From a virus, in the IMG/VR virus record IMGVR_UViG_3300043100_000006, positions 38,180 to 102,179 of that record: DNA of 64,000 nucleotides. One strand, written 5' to 3'. The notes under the pieces were generated by a model. It saw only the letters and a list, made by a program, of their open reading frames with translations, was not told the DNA's origin and made no database searches. Below, in pieces: positions 1-10,037 of the stretch; positions within the stretch are counted from its first letter, which is position 1; every line of letters begins with the position of its first letter. The translations under genes and the position numbers were made by a program.

Positions 1-29
1 ATCTGCCGCGTCGCGACAGGATTTCAGAA

Positions 30-950
30 GTGCAAGACCGCAAAGAGATTGGAGACCAAGTGACATCGAAGGAATTGGTACAGAAAACTGTGCTGGGCTG
101 GAGTGGCAGACTGGCCGCACACGAAATTTCTTACAATGGCGACGGCCATGTGCATCGTGCGATTCCTTACAACCCCACGACCCCAGCGGTTGCGCTACAG
201 AAGGCGCAACTGATGCAGTCGGACGGAGTGGATATTTGCATCTGCACATGGCAGGGGCCGTGGGCAGAATCCTGCAATGCGGCAGCGATAGCGATGCTGG
301 CCGCGTGTGAGCAGGTAGGGTTGCAGTTTGCGCTACTGCTTGATCCTGGCGGAATGCAGAAGTGGCTAGCAAATCAATCGCAAGCAACAATTACGGACAA
401 TGTGATAGCGGCTCTGCAAGCGGTCTCCACGGTGCAAATGATCGACTCCCCGGCGTACGTGCCAGAACGATGGGTATTGGATTTCAACACAGGCGCGAAC
501 CTGTCTACGCTGAAGACGGCGTTGCCATCGCTTACGTTCCTAGAACAGGGGGCGGGTTTCAGTTGGATTAGCATTCCAGCAATCACAGATTCGACGGCTC
601 GCAACACTGCCGCAGTGGCGAATCTGAAAACGCAGCACGCAAACCCAGCAATGAAGATTGCCAGTTTCTGCAAGTCGTTCGATGACAGCGGCCAGCCTTT
701 ACCGACAGGAGTGCAATCGCAATCGGCGTTTGATGCTGCAGGCGGAGTCCGAAACCTCACCAACTCCGTGTGGAGCGGCCCAGCCCGCATTCTGGAATCG
801 TTTGCGGGCCAGTTCTCGCTGCAACAGTTGGCGACGATCAACCCGGCGACGCCGGTGATCGCCATCTTAACTTGGTCGGATTACGACGAACAGAGTTCCG
901 GTCCTCGCGAAAAAGTAGTCGCCGAGGAGCAGGGAATCGTCTGGTTATAG
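30..950 (+). CDS. Glycoside hydrolase-like TIM-barrel protein (GH99/GH71-like)
   Basis: Q..LMQSDGVD..W.G and ILTWSDYDE motifs resemble the GH99/71 WNDYEE motif; true start may be GTG at 60. Confidence 0.5.
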   Translation: MQDRKEIGDQVTSKELVQKTVLGWSGRLAAHEISYNGDGHVHRAIPYNPTTPAVALQKAQLMQSDGVDICICTWQGPWAESCNAAAIAMLAACEQVGLQFALLLDPGGMQKWLANQSQATITDNVIAALQAVSTVQMIDSPAYVPERWVLDFNTGANLSTLKTALPSLTFLEQGAGFSWISIPAITDSTARNTAAVANLKTQHANPAMKIASFCKSFDDSGQPLPTGVQSQSAFDAAGGVRNLTNSVWSGPARILESFAGQFSLQQLATINPATPVIAILTWSDYDEQSSGPREKVVAEEQGIVWL

Positions 951-985
951 GGCTATAGCCGTGAAAGTGATCAGAGGGAACTGAA

Positions 986-2710
986 ATGGCGCGCGGACTT
1001 GTCCAATCCGGGTTCGGTAAGGCAACGCCGATCAGCCGTGGCTTGTTCGAGCGATTCACGGATGGCGTGAACACACAGATTTCGTCCATCAACCCGATGG
1101 GATGGATGGGGCCGTCGCAGCCGATGGCCAGAGTGGCGCCACGCGGGACGCAGACGCGCATCTGGGATTACCGCTTTGGGCAGAACATCGATTACACGCC
1201 GAAAGCGTTCGAGGGTTACTGCTACGAGGTGCTACGAGACCTAGCGGACGGTTTCGATCTTCTACGGATGGTGATCGAGACGCGAAAGGATCAAGTGAGT
1301 CGCGTTCCGCATTCGTTCACAATGCGAGCGCAGCCAGGCGAGCCGCCGAGCAAAACGAAAGAGCGACAGTTGGAAGATAAGCGCATTGGTAAACTGGAGG
1401 AGTTTTTCTCGAAGCCAGATGGCGTGCACAGTTTCTCCGACTGGCAGCGCATGATTCTCGAAGACATGTTCGTGATCGATGCGCCTTGTGTCTGCCCGCG
1501 CTGGCGGAGAGATGGCGGAGTGTACGGGTTCGATGCGATCGACGGCGCAACAATCAACATCCTAGTGGATGAGAACGGGAGACTTCCGGAGCCGCCAGAC
1601 CCAGCGTATCGGCAGATTATCAAAGGGATGCCGGCAGTGGATATGATGATTCCGACGCCGGCAATTCGGAAGTCGGATCAGTTATTTTATTTCCCACGCA
1701 ACGTGCGGACGCGCTGGCTTTATGGATATAGTCCAGTAGAACAAGTTGTGCTGACCGTCAATATTGGACTGCGGCGCCAAATCCATCAACTTCAATGGTA
1801 CACGGATGGGACGATCCCAGATGTGTTTCTCGAAGCACCAGAGGGTTTGAGCGAGGACCGCTTCACGCAATTCGAGGCGATGTGGAACGAGAAGTTTGCG
1901 ACCACTCAGGCCCGCCGCAAAGCTAATTTCATTCCGCACGGGACTGCGGTCACCTTCGCGAAAGACCCGAAACTGAAAGACGAGATGGATGAATATCTCG
2001 CACGCAAGATCGCTTACGCATTCAGCGTGTCGCCGACAGCTCTGGTCAAGATGGTGAATCGAGCGGCCGGCCAGCAGATGAGCGAGGACGCGAAAGCGGA
2101 AGGGCTCGAACCCATCTTGGCATGGTGGAAAGAGTTCATGGACGATCTACTTGGATTCATGGGCTGCTCGGATATCGAGTATGCGAACGGACAGAGTTCA
2201 CGCGAGAATCCTCTGCTGCAAGCGCAGGTCAATCAAATTTATCTGAGCACGGTCGACGACCAGGGCCACAGCGTTCTGCGGGCAAATGAAGTTAGAGAGG
2301 ATCTCGGTCGCGACCAAATTGACTACGCCGCCGAGGACGACGAAGAATTCCAGAAAGGACTCGATCAGCAGAGTCAGCGCAACGATCTTCAGGCAGACAG
2401 CCAGGAGGATATGATGCGCCGGCAGCAGCAAGTACAGCACGCCGACGAGCCGCGGCCCAAGGCGGCAAAGGCGCTTGCGGAGTGTCCGCTGTGCCGCACG
2501 GGAATGAAGGTAGTGATGCGCGACGGCGATACAGTGACCGGGCCGCATCACGTGGACAGCGACGGCACAGAACTGTTGTGTTATGCGGCGCAAAAGGTTT
2601 TGGGTACGGCGCAAAAAAAAAAGGCTCGAAGCCTACGCGCTACCGGGTCGACTCGGGTTCTCGGAGCGAGCGTCACACGCAAGCTTTTGTCCGAACATCG
2701 AACTTACTGA
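986..2710 (+). CDS. Phage portal protein
   Basis: 574 aa; YGYSPVEQ, DG.TI..LVD..GR.P and position at start of head module. Confidence 0.9.
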   Translation: MARGLVQSGFGKATPISRGLFERFTDGVNTQISSINPMGWMGPSQPMARVAPRGTQTRIWDYRFGQNIDYTPKAFEGYCYEVLRDLADGFDLLRMVIETRKDQVSRVPHSFTMRAQPGEPPSKTKERQLEDKRIGKLEEFFSKPDGVHSFSDWQRMILEDMFVIDAPCVCPRWRRDGGVYGFDAIDGATINILVDENGRLPEPPDPAYRQIIKGMPAVDMMIPTPAIRKSDQLFYFPRNVRTRWLYGYSPVEQVVLTVNIGLRRQIHQLQWYTDGTIPDVFLEAPEGLSEDRFTQFEAMWNEKFATTQARRKANFIPHGTAVTFAKDPKLKDEMDEYLARKIAYAFSVSPTALVKMVNRAAGQQMSEDAKAEGLEPILAWWKEFMDDLLGFMGCSDIEYANGQSSRENPLLQAQVNQIYLSTVDDQGHSVLRANEVREDLGRDQIDYAAEDDEEFQKGLDQQSQRNDLQADSQEDMMRRQQQVQHADEPRPKAAKALAECPLCRTGMKVVMRDGDTVTGPHHVDSDGTELLCYAAQKVLGTAQKKKARSLRATGSTRVLGASVTRKLLSEHRTY

Positions 2711-4062
2711 GGCGATTCTTTAAGCGGTGTCAGGCGAAGTTGGTTGCAATCGCCAAGGAAGTCCCGTCGCTGGGAAAGATTCCAGAGGGCTGGCACTTCT
2801 ACGATCCTGAGAGTGGAGCCGAGCTGCCGAAGGCTGCGGCCGTCGATATGATGCGCGACGTGATGAAGGTCGCGACCGCAATGATCGTGCTGCCGGACTC
2901 TCTGGCGGCGGAAGTAATTGAGAAGGGCACGGCGCTGATTGCGGACGAAGACTTGGCTGGCAAAGGCCGAGAGGATGAGCCGCACATCACGGTCAAGTTT
3001 GGGGTGAGGGAAAATCTGGACGAGACCGCGGAAGTGCTGGTGGAGTTCTATCCGTTCGATGTGACGCTGGGCAAGACGCGAATCTTTTCTCCAAGCCAGA
3101 ACAGCGGAGGCGGATCGGTTGTGTACGTGGAAGTGATTGCGCCGATCCTACAAGACCTGCACGACCAAGTGAGCGATGGCATCGGCTTGCGGCACGATGG
3201 CGCGGATTATGTTCCGCATGTCACGCTGGCCTACGTGAAGACGGAAGAGGCTGCGAAGTACGACGGACTCGATACGTTCGAGGGGTTGAAGTTCACGGCG
3301 AATGTAGTGACGATCAAGCGGAAAGAGGGCGGCGTTTGGAACTTGGACCTCGGCGCTGCACGGCTCACGGCAAAGGCCGGAGACGATGAAGAGGATGAGG
3401 AAATCGAGGAAATCATTCTCGATATTCTCAAAGGGTTCCAGGAGATCGTACCTGCGGTGCAGCACGAACTGGAAGGCACGTATCTGGACCAGGCGCAGAC
3501 GATGGCGACTGCGATGGAGAGCACGGTCCAGTTGTCGGTACTGAATCAGCGAGCTCTGGACTACGCAAGAGCGCGAGCCGCTGAGATGGTTGGCATGAAG
3601 TGGGTGGACGGCGAGTTAGTCACGAACCCGAACGCAGTCTGGGCAATTACGGACACGACGCGGGATGTGCTGAAGGATCTGATCACAAACGCATTCACGC
3701 AAGGGCAGACGCCGGCAGAGTTGACGAAGTCAATTGAGCAGACGGGAGTCTTCAGCGCATATCGAGCTGACATGATCGCTTCGACTGAGATGTCGAAGGC
3801 TACGATCCAAGGCTCCCTTGGAACGGCGAAGGATGTGGGTGCGATTGGTAAGCAGTGGGAAACCAGCGGCGACCACGACATTGACGACGAATGCAACGAC
3901 AACGAGGACGATGGCACGGTTGCAATTGGGGACAGTTTTAGTAGCGGGGATGATGGTCCCCCTTCCCATCCAAACTGCAATTGTGCCCTTGTGTATATCA
4001 CGGCGGACGATCCAGAAGCAGCGGACCTGCTGGAACCTGAAACTGTAGGGGCGGAGGATTGA
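2482..4062 (+). CDS. MuF/SPP1 gp7-like minor head protein with N-terminal 2H phosphoesterase domain (probably reached by -1 frameshift from portal)
   Basis: HITV (~2983) and HVTL (~3217) 2H motifs; C-terminal RA.MIA.TE, K.W, C..N, PP.HPNC.C MuF motifs. Confidence 0.85.
   Translation: MSAVPHGNEGSDARRRYSDRAASRGQRRHRTVVLCGAKGFGYGAKKKGSKPTRYRVDSGSRSERHTQAFVRTSNLLRRFFKRCQAKLVAIAKEVPSLGKIPEGWHFYDPESGAELPKAAAVDMMRDVMKVATAMIVLPDSLAAEVIEKGTALIADEDLAGKGREDEPHITVKFGVRENLDETAEVLVEFYPFDVTLGKTRIFSPSQNSGGGSVVYVEVIAPILQDLHDQVSDGIGLRHDGADYVPHVTLAYVKTEEAAKYDGLDTFEGLKFTANVVTIKRKEGGVWNLDLGAARLTAKAGDDEEDEEIEEIILDILKGFQEIVPAVQHELEGTYLDQAQTMATAMESTVQLSVLNQRALDYARARAAEMVGMKWVDGELVTNPNAVWAITDTTRDVLKDLITNAFTQGQTPAELTKSIEQTGVFSAYRADMIASTEMSKATIQGSLGTAKDVGAIGKQWETSGDHDIDDECNDNEDDGTVAIGDSFSSGDDGPPSHPNCNCALVYITADDPEAADLLEPETVGAED
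2613..2623 (+). other. Candidate -1 frameshift/slippage site (A10 run; A_AAA_AAG)
   Basis: In-frame A AAA AAG heptamer at 2617-2623 in portal, downstream hairpins, overlapping ORF in -1 frame. Confidence 0.65.
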
Positions 4063-4063
4063 G

Positions 4064-4231
4064 ATGGCGCAATATCAGCCCGACCCAGCACCGATCACGC
4101 AGCACGGAATGGGTCCGTGGACGAAGCCAGTATCACCACAGCCTCCAGTGACACCGGGAACGGTGAAAGCGCAACCGCCTGAGAAGCATCAAGGGAGCGC
4201 AGATCATCCACAAGGCAGACCGCCGAAATGA
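4064..4231 (+). CDS. Small Pro-rich hypothetical protein (55 aa)
   Basis: ATG after GGAGG, fills the gap, ATGA overlap with next gene. Confidence 0.55.
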   Translation: MAQYQPDPAPITQHGMGPWTKPVSPQPPVTPGTVKAQPPEKHQGSADHPQGRPPK

Positions 4232-4494
4232 GTGAGCAGGGAGACTTCGCGAAGCAGGTTGCCGACGAAGCCGCGTTGCTGATTGAGATGAAGCGGTTGG
4301 ACCGCAAGAAGCACACGGCATATCTGTGCGGCCAGCGTGCAACCTCGATGGGCATGATGCGAGTGTCGCCGTACTACGAGGATGGGGCAGCGAACGCGGC
4401 GTTCTTTGCGGGGTTCGATGGCAGGGATGAGCCGACGCTGGATGAACTACTCGCTCCGGTGCTTGAGACGACAAATAATGGCGTATCCGCTTAA
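4228..4494 (+). CDS. Hypothetical protein
   Basis: ORF in tightly packed operon. Confidence 0.6.
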   Translation: MSEQGDFAKQVADEAALLIEMKRLDRKKHTAYLCGQRATSMGMMRVSPYYEDGAANAAFFAGFDGRDEPTLDELLAPVLETTNNGVSA

Positions 4495-4684
4495 TGTCGA
4501 ACTGAATGGGCCGCCGCAACCAATCGCTGGCATCCAGTCCTGGAAATGCGGCATGTGTCCGTTTGAGTTCGTTCATATCGAACCAGAAGAGACAATTCTC
4601 GCGGCGTTAAAAATGAGCGAGCATCTATTTCTGATGCACGGCAAGTCAATGAGCGAAGTTCCTGTGCACTGCCAGCAGCACTAA
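4478..4684 (+). CDS. Small hypothetical protein, possible C2H2-type zinc finger
   Basis: CxxC ... HxxxxH. Confidence 0.5.
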   Translation: MAYPLNVELNGPPQPIAGIQSWKCGMCPFEFVHIEPEETILAALKMSEHLFLMHGKSMSEVPVHCQQH

Positions 4685-4698
4685 TTCAGGAGGAAGTC

Positions 4699-5169
4699 AT
4701 GAGTAGGGCACGGCAAGCGAAGCAAGTAAAGAACACGGTCGTAACGGCGAAGTGCAAACTGAGCCGCGAAGAGTGCAAGGACGCAAACTGCCCGGTGCAC
4801 GGCGAGCCGAACGACGAAGCGCCAGGTCCGGCGCCAGCAACGAAGGGCGCGGAGAAACTGGAAGCGGCGGAGGAAGAGGGCCGCAGGATCGCGGCGACTG
4901 GCCACGCGATTCCGATTACCGCAGTTGAGGCGGACGAATCCCTCCACCCGGTGGACTTGCCGGGTCATGTGCTCACGATGTTGCGCGAGGCGCACGACAC
5001 GATCAAACACATTCAACATCAGAACGATTTCACGCGTGACCTTTTGAGGCGGATGGAAAATGTACTGGAGCCGCCTCCGGAGTTGATGACGATCGAAGAG
5101 GCACGGCGGCGTTTGGGCGTAGGTGATGTGATTCGATGCAGCGTAAAGCCGGACCAGTTAGCAGGATAA
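4699..5169 (+). CDS. Hypothetical protein
   Basis: AGGAGG SD; Cys/His motif shared with scaffold. Confidence 0.7.
   Translation: MSRARQAKQVKNTVVTAKCKLSREECKDANCPVHGEPNDEAPGPAPATKGAEKLEAAEEEGRRIAATGHAIPITAVEADESLHPVDLPGHVLTMLREAHDTIKHIQHQNDFTRDLLRRMENVLEPPPELMTIEEARRRLGVGDVIRCSVKPDQLAG
4943..4955. repeat. Dispersed palindrome copy 1 (intragenic)
   Basis: GAATCCC-TCCACCCGGTGGA. Confidence 0.9.
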
Positions 5170-5224
5170 GCAAGGCACGCGCACGAAAATTCAAGTGGCG
5201 CGATGCGCCAGACAGAGGAATTGT

Positions 5225-5833
5225 ATGGGAGCACCCAAAGTTCTAGCGGCGGTTGGGAGCACGCCGGTAGCAGTGACGGCAGGCGCAAGCGGATGGCAGG
5301 TTAGCATCGCGCCAGCACCAGGGCAGAGCGGAGCGTATCAGGTTTACGATCAAAACCAGAATCTACTGGCAACGATCCAGGGGAACGCGAGCCCATACCA
5401 GTGGACGCTTTCCCAGACCGGAGACCCATATTTCTCTGGGCAGATCGTCGGCTACGTGTCGGTGCCATCGGGCACGATGAACATGCTAGTGACGGACACT
5501 GGAACGCAAGCGACCGCCGTACCGCAGAGCGGCGGAGCATTTGGAGCCGCAGGAGCGATCACGCAAAAGAGTGGGCGCGCATTCCTAACCGGTGCAACGG
5601 CCACGGCTTACACTTTGGCTGCGCCGACGCCTGGAGCAGATGACTTCAAGTTGCTTGAGATTACTGACGCGGTGGGTGCCGCTCACACAATCACAACACC
5701 AGTGAACGCTCTGAATGGCACGCAAAGTATCGCGACGTTTGGCGGCACGCGAGGAACTGTGTTGGCATTGCGAGCCTACCAAGGCGTGTGGTACGCAAGC
5801 CCGAGTACCCCGGTTACGCTTAGCGGAACATAA
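5225..5833 (+). CDS. Putative virion structural/decoration protein
   Basis: G/T/A-rich beta protein in head module; GAGGA SD. Confidence 0.55.
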   Translation: MGAPKVLAAVGSTPVAVTAGASGWQVSIAPAPGQSGAYQVYDQNQNLLATIQGNASPYQWTLSQTGDPYFSGQIVGYVSVPSGTMNMLVTDTGTQATAVPQSGGAFGAAGAITQKSGRAFLTGATATAYTLAAPTPGADDFKLLEITDAVGAAHTITTPVNALNGTQSIATFGGTRGTVLALRAYQGVWYASPSTPVTLSGT

Positions 5834-5848
5834 CAAGAAAGGCACGGC

Positions 5849-6235
5849 ATGGCAACGGATCAATTATCCTCCGCGAATGTTTTGCGGGCACAGCTCGATG
5901 CTGCGAACGAATTGCTCCGAAGGTTGACGGCAGTCCTAGCCGCGGTGCTGGTGGATCATCATCGCGGCAGACTGCTGATAACGAGCGAGACGGTAGATGC
6001 GATGTACGGCGACCCGGCGCAAGAGAACGGGTTTATGGTGGATGTGCAAACCGTGCAGCCACTTGGCAAGCACAGGTTGCAGGTAATGCAACCGAATGGC
6101 TCAACGTATGTACCAGCACCAGTAGTGATTGAAGGCGAGACACTGGAAGCCTCGGTCTGCGAGGATCCAAATCATAAGCGCGGCAACGGCTTGCGTTGCG
6201 AGGAGTGTGGGAAACTTCTGGAGAAAAAGGCGTAA
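5849..6235 (+). CDS. Hypothetical protein with C-terminal Zn-ribbon
   Basis: C..H...CxxC at C-terminus. Confidence 0.6.
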   Translation: MATDQLSSANVLRAQLDAANELLRRLTAVLAAVLVDHHRGRLLITSETVDAMYGDPAQENGFMVDVQTVQPLGKHRLQVMQPNGSTYVPAPVVIEGETLEASVCEDPNHKRGNGLRCEECGKLLEKKA

Positions 6236-6441
6236 TGACTCAGGACGAGGTTGACGACTTCGTGATCCCGTCAATATCGTTTACGTCGCGCCCTTCTCAT
6301 CTCGGGAACGATGGTAGCTGGGACCCTGCCATGTCGTTACGCAAACCAAGGGAGGCCACGCGGGAGCAGGTTGACAAGGCGGTAAGTCACTTTATAGACC
6401 TGTTGCACGCTGGCATCGTGCCTATGCCCTACAAGCCATAG
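6235..6441 (+). CDS. Hypothetical protein
   Basis: TAATG overlap with upstream gene. Confidence 0.5.
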   Translation: MTQDEVDDFVIPSISFTSRPSHLGNDGSWDPAMSLRKPREATREQVDKAVSHFIDLLHAGIVPMPYKP

Positions 6442-6489
6442 GTGTATGGGGTGCCAATGGCACGCTGTTGCCAGGAGAGGATTTCTGAC

Positions 6490-8376
6490 ATGGACGCAGA
6501 TAAGGCAGTCCAGTTTCTCGTGAAAGATGACAAGGGTAAGGGACATCTGCCCTACACGAAAGCGGACGGCAAGCCTGACCGCGGTCTCATGGGGGCGGCG
6601 CACGCAGCTCTGACAAGTCCCAAAGGATTTCGTGGCAAAAGGTACGAAGGGCCAGACAAAGCAAAGGCGCTCGCAAAACTGAAGAAGATTTATAAGGAGG
6701 AGAAGATGGAACTTCCCAGCGATAAGGCCGCCGCTGCCCTAATTCATTTAATGGCCCTAAAAGGGCGAATTACAAAGAACGGAGAGCCAGAAAAGCGTGC
6801 AACCTTCGCAATCAAGGGCTGTTACGAAGCACCCCCTGATGATCCTGAACCTGGTCTGTTCGTGGAAGGCATTCTAGCTGCTGAGGAGGTTGATTTCGAG
6901 GGGGAAGTGATGGACTACAAATCCTCGAAGCCGAACTTTCAGCGCTGGAATAAAAGCTTCTCCGACATGACTGGCGGAAAGAGCGTCGGGAACGTGCGTG
7001 GTCAACACAACCCGAAAATTGCGGCCGGTAAATTTGTCGAGATGTCATACGACGACGACAAACTATCTATTCCCGTACTGGCGAAAGTCGTCGATCCTGT
7101 GGAAGCAGATAAAGTACGGCAAGGCGTGTATACCTCATTTTCCATCGGCGCACATTACGCGCGGAAATGGAGAGATGGGAAATATACCCGCTGGACCGCC
7201 GACCCGTTCGAGGGTTCGCTGGTGGATTTTGGCTCGATTCCGATGACTCGCGGATTCACCTACCGCGCAGCCGATGGCAAGGAAGAGCAGCGAGAATTCG
7301 ACGGCGGGCGCCGCGAGTTACGAAAATCGTTCGAAGCGCTCGGCAAACCGCTGGTGGTTGAGGAAGAGGATCGCGTTGTGAAGGCCATCACTGGGATGGC
7401 GGCGGCGAGGAAGGGCCTGTACACAATTTCTGGATTCGCGCAGTTGGTGCAAGAGTTGATCTATATGCGCGACTCCATCACCTTCGAGCGAGAGATGGAA
7501 GGTGATGCCTCTCCGGTCACGGATCGCGTGGCCGAAGCAACGCAAGAACTTTTGGAATGCCTTGCAGCCTATACGCAAGAACAGGTCAGCGAGGAAATCG
7601 GCAAGACTAAGGAGAACACCGTGGAACTGAAGGACCTTGTAAAAGATATCGACACGAAGCACGCATCCGCAGCAGCCGATCCCGCTGACAGCAAGCCAAC
7701 CCCCGACGCCATCAAGACGGCACTGGATAGCGTCAACGAAGGCCTGAAGGTTTTGAAGGCCGCAGGCTATTCTCTGCAACCTGGCTCCGCACCAGCCGGG
7801 CATGACAGTCCGGTGCGCGCATCGGACACAGACAGTAAGGCTGTGGCGACCGACCCGAAGGCGAAGGGTCACGCGGAACTGAGCAAAGAAGATTGCAAGG
7901 CGGAGGAGTGCGACGTGCACAAGAAGGCGAAGGCTGCGGCCGATCCTGACGGCGAGAAGTGCAACAAGACCGCCGAGGAATGCAACGACGAGAAGTGCAT
8001 GACGCACAAGGGCAAGAAGTCGGCAGCGGCGGGAGCCAACGGGGATGTCGCCCTGAAGCGCGCGGACGTTGTGAGCATCGTGAATGATACGATGGGCACG
8101 AAGTTGACGGAGTTCAAGACCGACTTCCAGCGAGAGGTAGTTGAGCCGCTCTCCACTCAACTGAAAGCGATTGGTGACACAATGGTCGCTCTCGGCGAAG
8201 TAAAGTTGCCGACACGCATCGTAGCGCGTCCCGGCACCAAGGCTGTGAGCAAGGACGATGAAGCAATCAAGGAAGCAGAGGACGCGCAGAAGGCAATCGA
8301 GAAAGAAAAGAAAGACGGCACCACTACCAGCACCATTCTGCGAATTCGGGAGAACGGCCAGCGCGTTAGCTGGTAG
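6490..8376 (+). CDS. Prohead protease/scaffold fusion
   Basis: N.RGQH, GVYTSFSIG, EGSLVD HK97-type protease motifs; charged C-terminal half; directly before capsid; in-frame internal GTG at 7621 with AAGGAG SD. Confidence 0.8.
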   Translation: MDADKAVQFLVKDDKGKGHLPYTKADGKPDRGLMGAAHAALTSPKGFRGKRYEGPDKAKALAKLKKIYKEEKMELPSDKAAAALIHLMALKGRITKNGEPEKRATFAIKGCYEAPPDDPEPGLFVEGILAAEEVDFEGEVMDYKSSKPNFQRWNKSFSDMTGGKSVGNVRGQHNPKIAAGKFVEMSYDDDKLSIPVLAKVVDPVEADKVRQGVYTSFSIGAHYARKWRDGKYTRWTADPFEGSLVDFGSIPMTRGFTYRAADGKEEQREFDGGRRELRKSFEALGKPLVVEEEDRVVKAITGMAAARKGLYTISGFAQLVQELIYMRDSITFEREMEGDASPVTDRVAEATQELLECLAAYTQEQVSEEIGKTKENTVELKDLVKDIDTKHASAAADPADSKPTPDAIKTALDSVNEGLKVLKAAGYSLQPGSAPAGHDSPVRASDTDSKAVATDPKAKGHAELSKEDCKAEECDVHKKAKAAADPDGEKCNKTAEECNDEKCMTHKGKKSAAAGANGDVALKRADVVSIVNDTMGTKLTEFKTDFQREVVEPLSTQLKAIGDTMVALGEVKLPTRIVARPGTKAVSKDDEAIKEAEDAQKAIEKEKKDGTTTSTILRIRENGQRVSW

Positions 8377-8489
8377 AAGAGTTTCCGCAAGTCAGAAAGG
8401 TTCCCAGACCTTTCTCATGTACGGCACGTAGCCCTAGACGATCTGGCCCGGATCGTTGACCGGCACATCTTGCATCAGGAGAAAAACAA

Positions 8490-10037
8490 ATGTTGCCTCT
8501 CGGCATGACCGCGGAAACACTTGAGGCCCTGAAAGCCATTCGCGCACGCGGCGGTGTGGCATACAAGGACATCAATACGGGCCTCGGCTATCAGTGGTAC
8601 GATCTGCAACCGCTGGTAGACCGCACCTTCCCACAAATCACCCCTCTAATCTCTGAGGTTCCACGGCTGGCCGGAGACGGCGGCAGTTCGACGAACTGGA
8701 AAGAGATCTATGCCATCAATGCTGGCAACCTGTCGCCTGGCGTTTCGGAACGCAATCGCAACGCGACAGTGTCGACGTTGCTGCGCAACCACTTCGCGCC
8801 GTATGCCGAACTTGGCTACGAAGACTTCGTAACCTGGAAGTCGGAACTCGAAGCCGGTAAGTTGACGCCGGAAGTGAAAGCGGTTGCGGTTGAAGACCTG
8901 TTCTACGCTTCGCGGCAGGCAGAAGAGAAAGTGCTGCTGTGGGGCAACACCGGCTTGGTAAGCGGCGGCAACGGCGTAACTTTCGGAGTCGCACCGACTC
9001 CGGTCGCGGCCTTGGTTGCTGGCGGCGCTTTGACGGCGCAATCCACTTCGCTGTGGGTTGCAGCGCTGACACCAGAAGGCTTCTTCAACTCGACTGTAGC
9101 GGGTGGCGTACCTACTTCGATCACGCGAAACAATGTTGGCGGGTCGACGGACACTTACGGCGGTGGCAGTTCGCAAATCTCCGCCGCATCAAACGCCGTG
9201 ACCACGGCTGGCGGCAACTTGTCAGTGAGTGGCACGGTTGCATGGGTGCCGGGAGCCGTGGCGTATGCATGGTTCATCGGTTTGACTTCTGGCGGTGCTG
9301 CTACGGCGCGGCTGGCTGCAATTACCACGATTAACTCCGTGGTGATTACGGCGAATCCGGCTGTGACCACGCCGATTTCAGGCTCGACCGTTCTTGCTTC
9401 CGGTTGCAGTCAGGACAATACGGGCAACCAGCTTGAGTTTGACGGGATGATGACGCAAACTGTCGCAGGCTATCTCGCGGGTTCAAGCGCGGTAGTAAAC
9501 GCGCAGGCCACGGGCGTGCCTGGTACCGGCACCGGCCTGACCTACGACGGCGCGGGCGGCATCGTGGAGATCGAAGCGGACTTCCTGCAATTCTGGAATG
9601 CTTCGCGGCTAATCCCCGATGAGATCGTCGTTTCAGGGCAGGAGTTGAAGAACATCCTGCAACTGATCATCAACGGCGGCGGCGCTTCGCTCTATCGTTT
9701 GAACTTGGACGGCAACGCGATGCGCGGAGGCATCACGGCAGGAAACCTAATCCGCAGTTACCTTGGAAAGTTCGCAATGGGCGGCGGTCACGAAGTCTCG
9801 ATCAGCCTCCATCCGAACATGCCAGCCGGGACGATTCTGTACCGGACTAAGCAACTGCCGTACCGTATCCAGAACATGCGGAACACGTTTAACATCCGCA
9901 CGTTGCAGGAGTGGCGGCAGATTGATTGGCCAATCGTGCAGCGGTCGTGGGACTACGGCGTCTACGTAACTGAGACGGCAGAAATGCACGCATCTTTCAG
10001 TTTTGGCATAAGATCTAACATCGCCAATATTGGCTAG
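8490..10037 (+). CDS. Major capsid protein
   Basis: 515 aa after scaffold, strong SD; YDL.P..P..TPL...PR N-terminus, HP.MP.GTI and DWP...R...YGVY C-terminus. Confidence 0.85.
   Translation: MLPLGMTAETLEALKAIRARGGVAYKDINTGLGYQWYDLQPLVDRTFPQITPLISEVPRLAGDGGSSTNWKEIYAINAGNLSPGVSERNRNATVSTLLRNHFAPYAELGYEDFVTWKSELEAGKLTPEVKAVAVEDLFYASRQAEEKVLLWGNTGLVSGGNGVTFGVAPTPVAALVAGGALTAQSTSLWVAALTPEGFFNSTVAGGVPTSITRNNVGGSTDTYGGGSSQISAASNAVTTAGGNLSVSGTVAWVPGAVAYAWFIGLTSGGAATARLAAITTINSVVITANPAVTTPISGSTVLASGCSQDNTGNQLEFDGMMTQTVAGYLAGSSAVVNAQATGVPGTGTGLTYDGAGGIVEIEADFLQFWNASRLIPDEIVVSGQELKNILQLIINGGGASLYRLNLDGNAMRGGITAGNLIRSYLGKFAMGGGHEVSISLHPNMPAGTILYRTKQLPYRIQNMRNTFNIRTLQEWRQIDWPIVQRSWDYGVYVTETAEMHASFSFGIRSNIANIG

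Noticed and set aside
7318-8160. Long antisense ORFs (also 21224-22105, 26634-27482, 35807-36694, 43902-44714)
   Set aside because: Shadows of well-supported plus-strand genes in GC-rich DNA with no recognisable motifs
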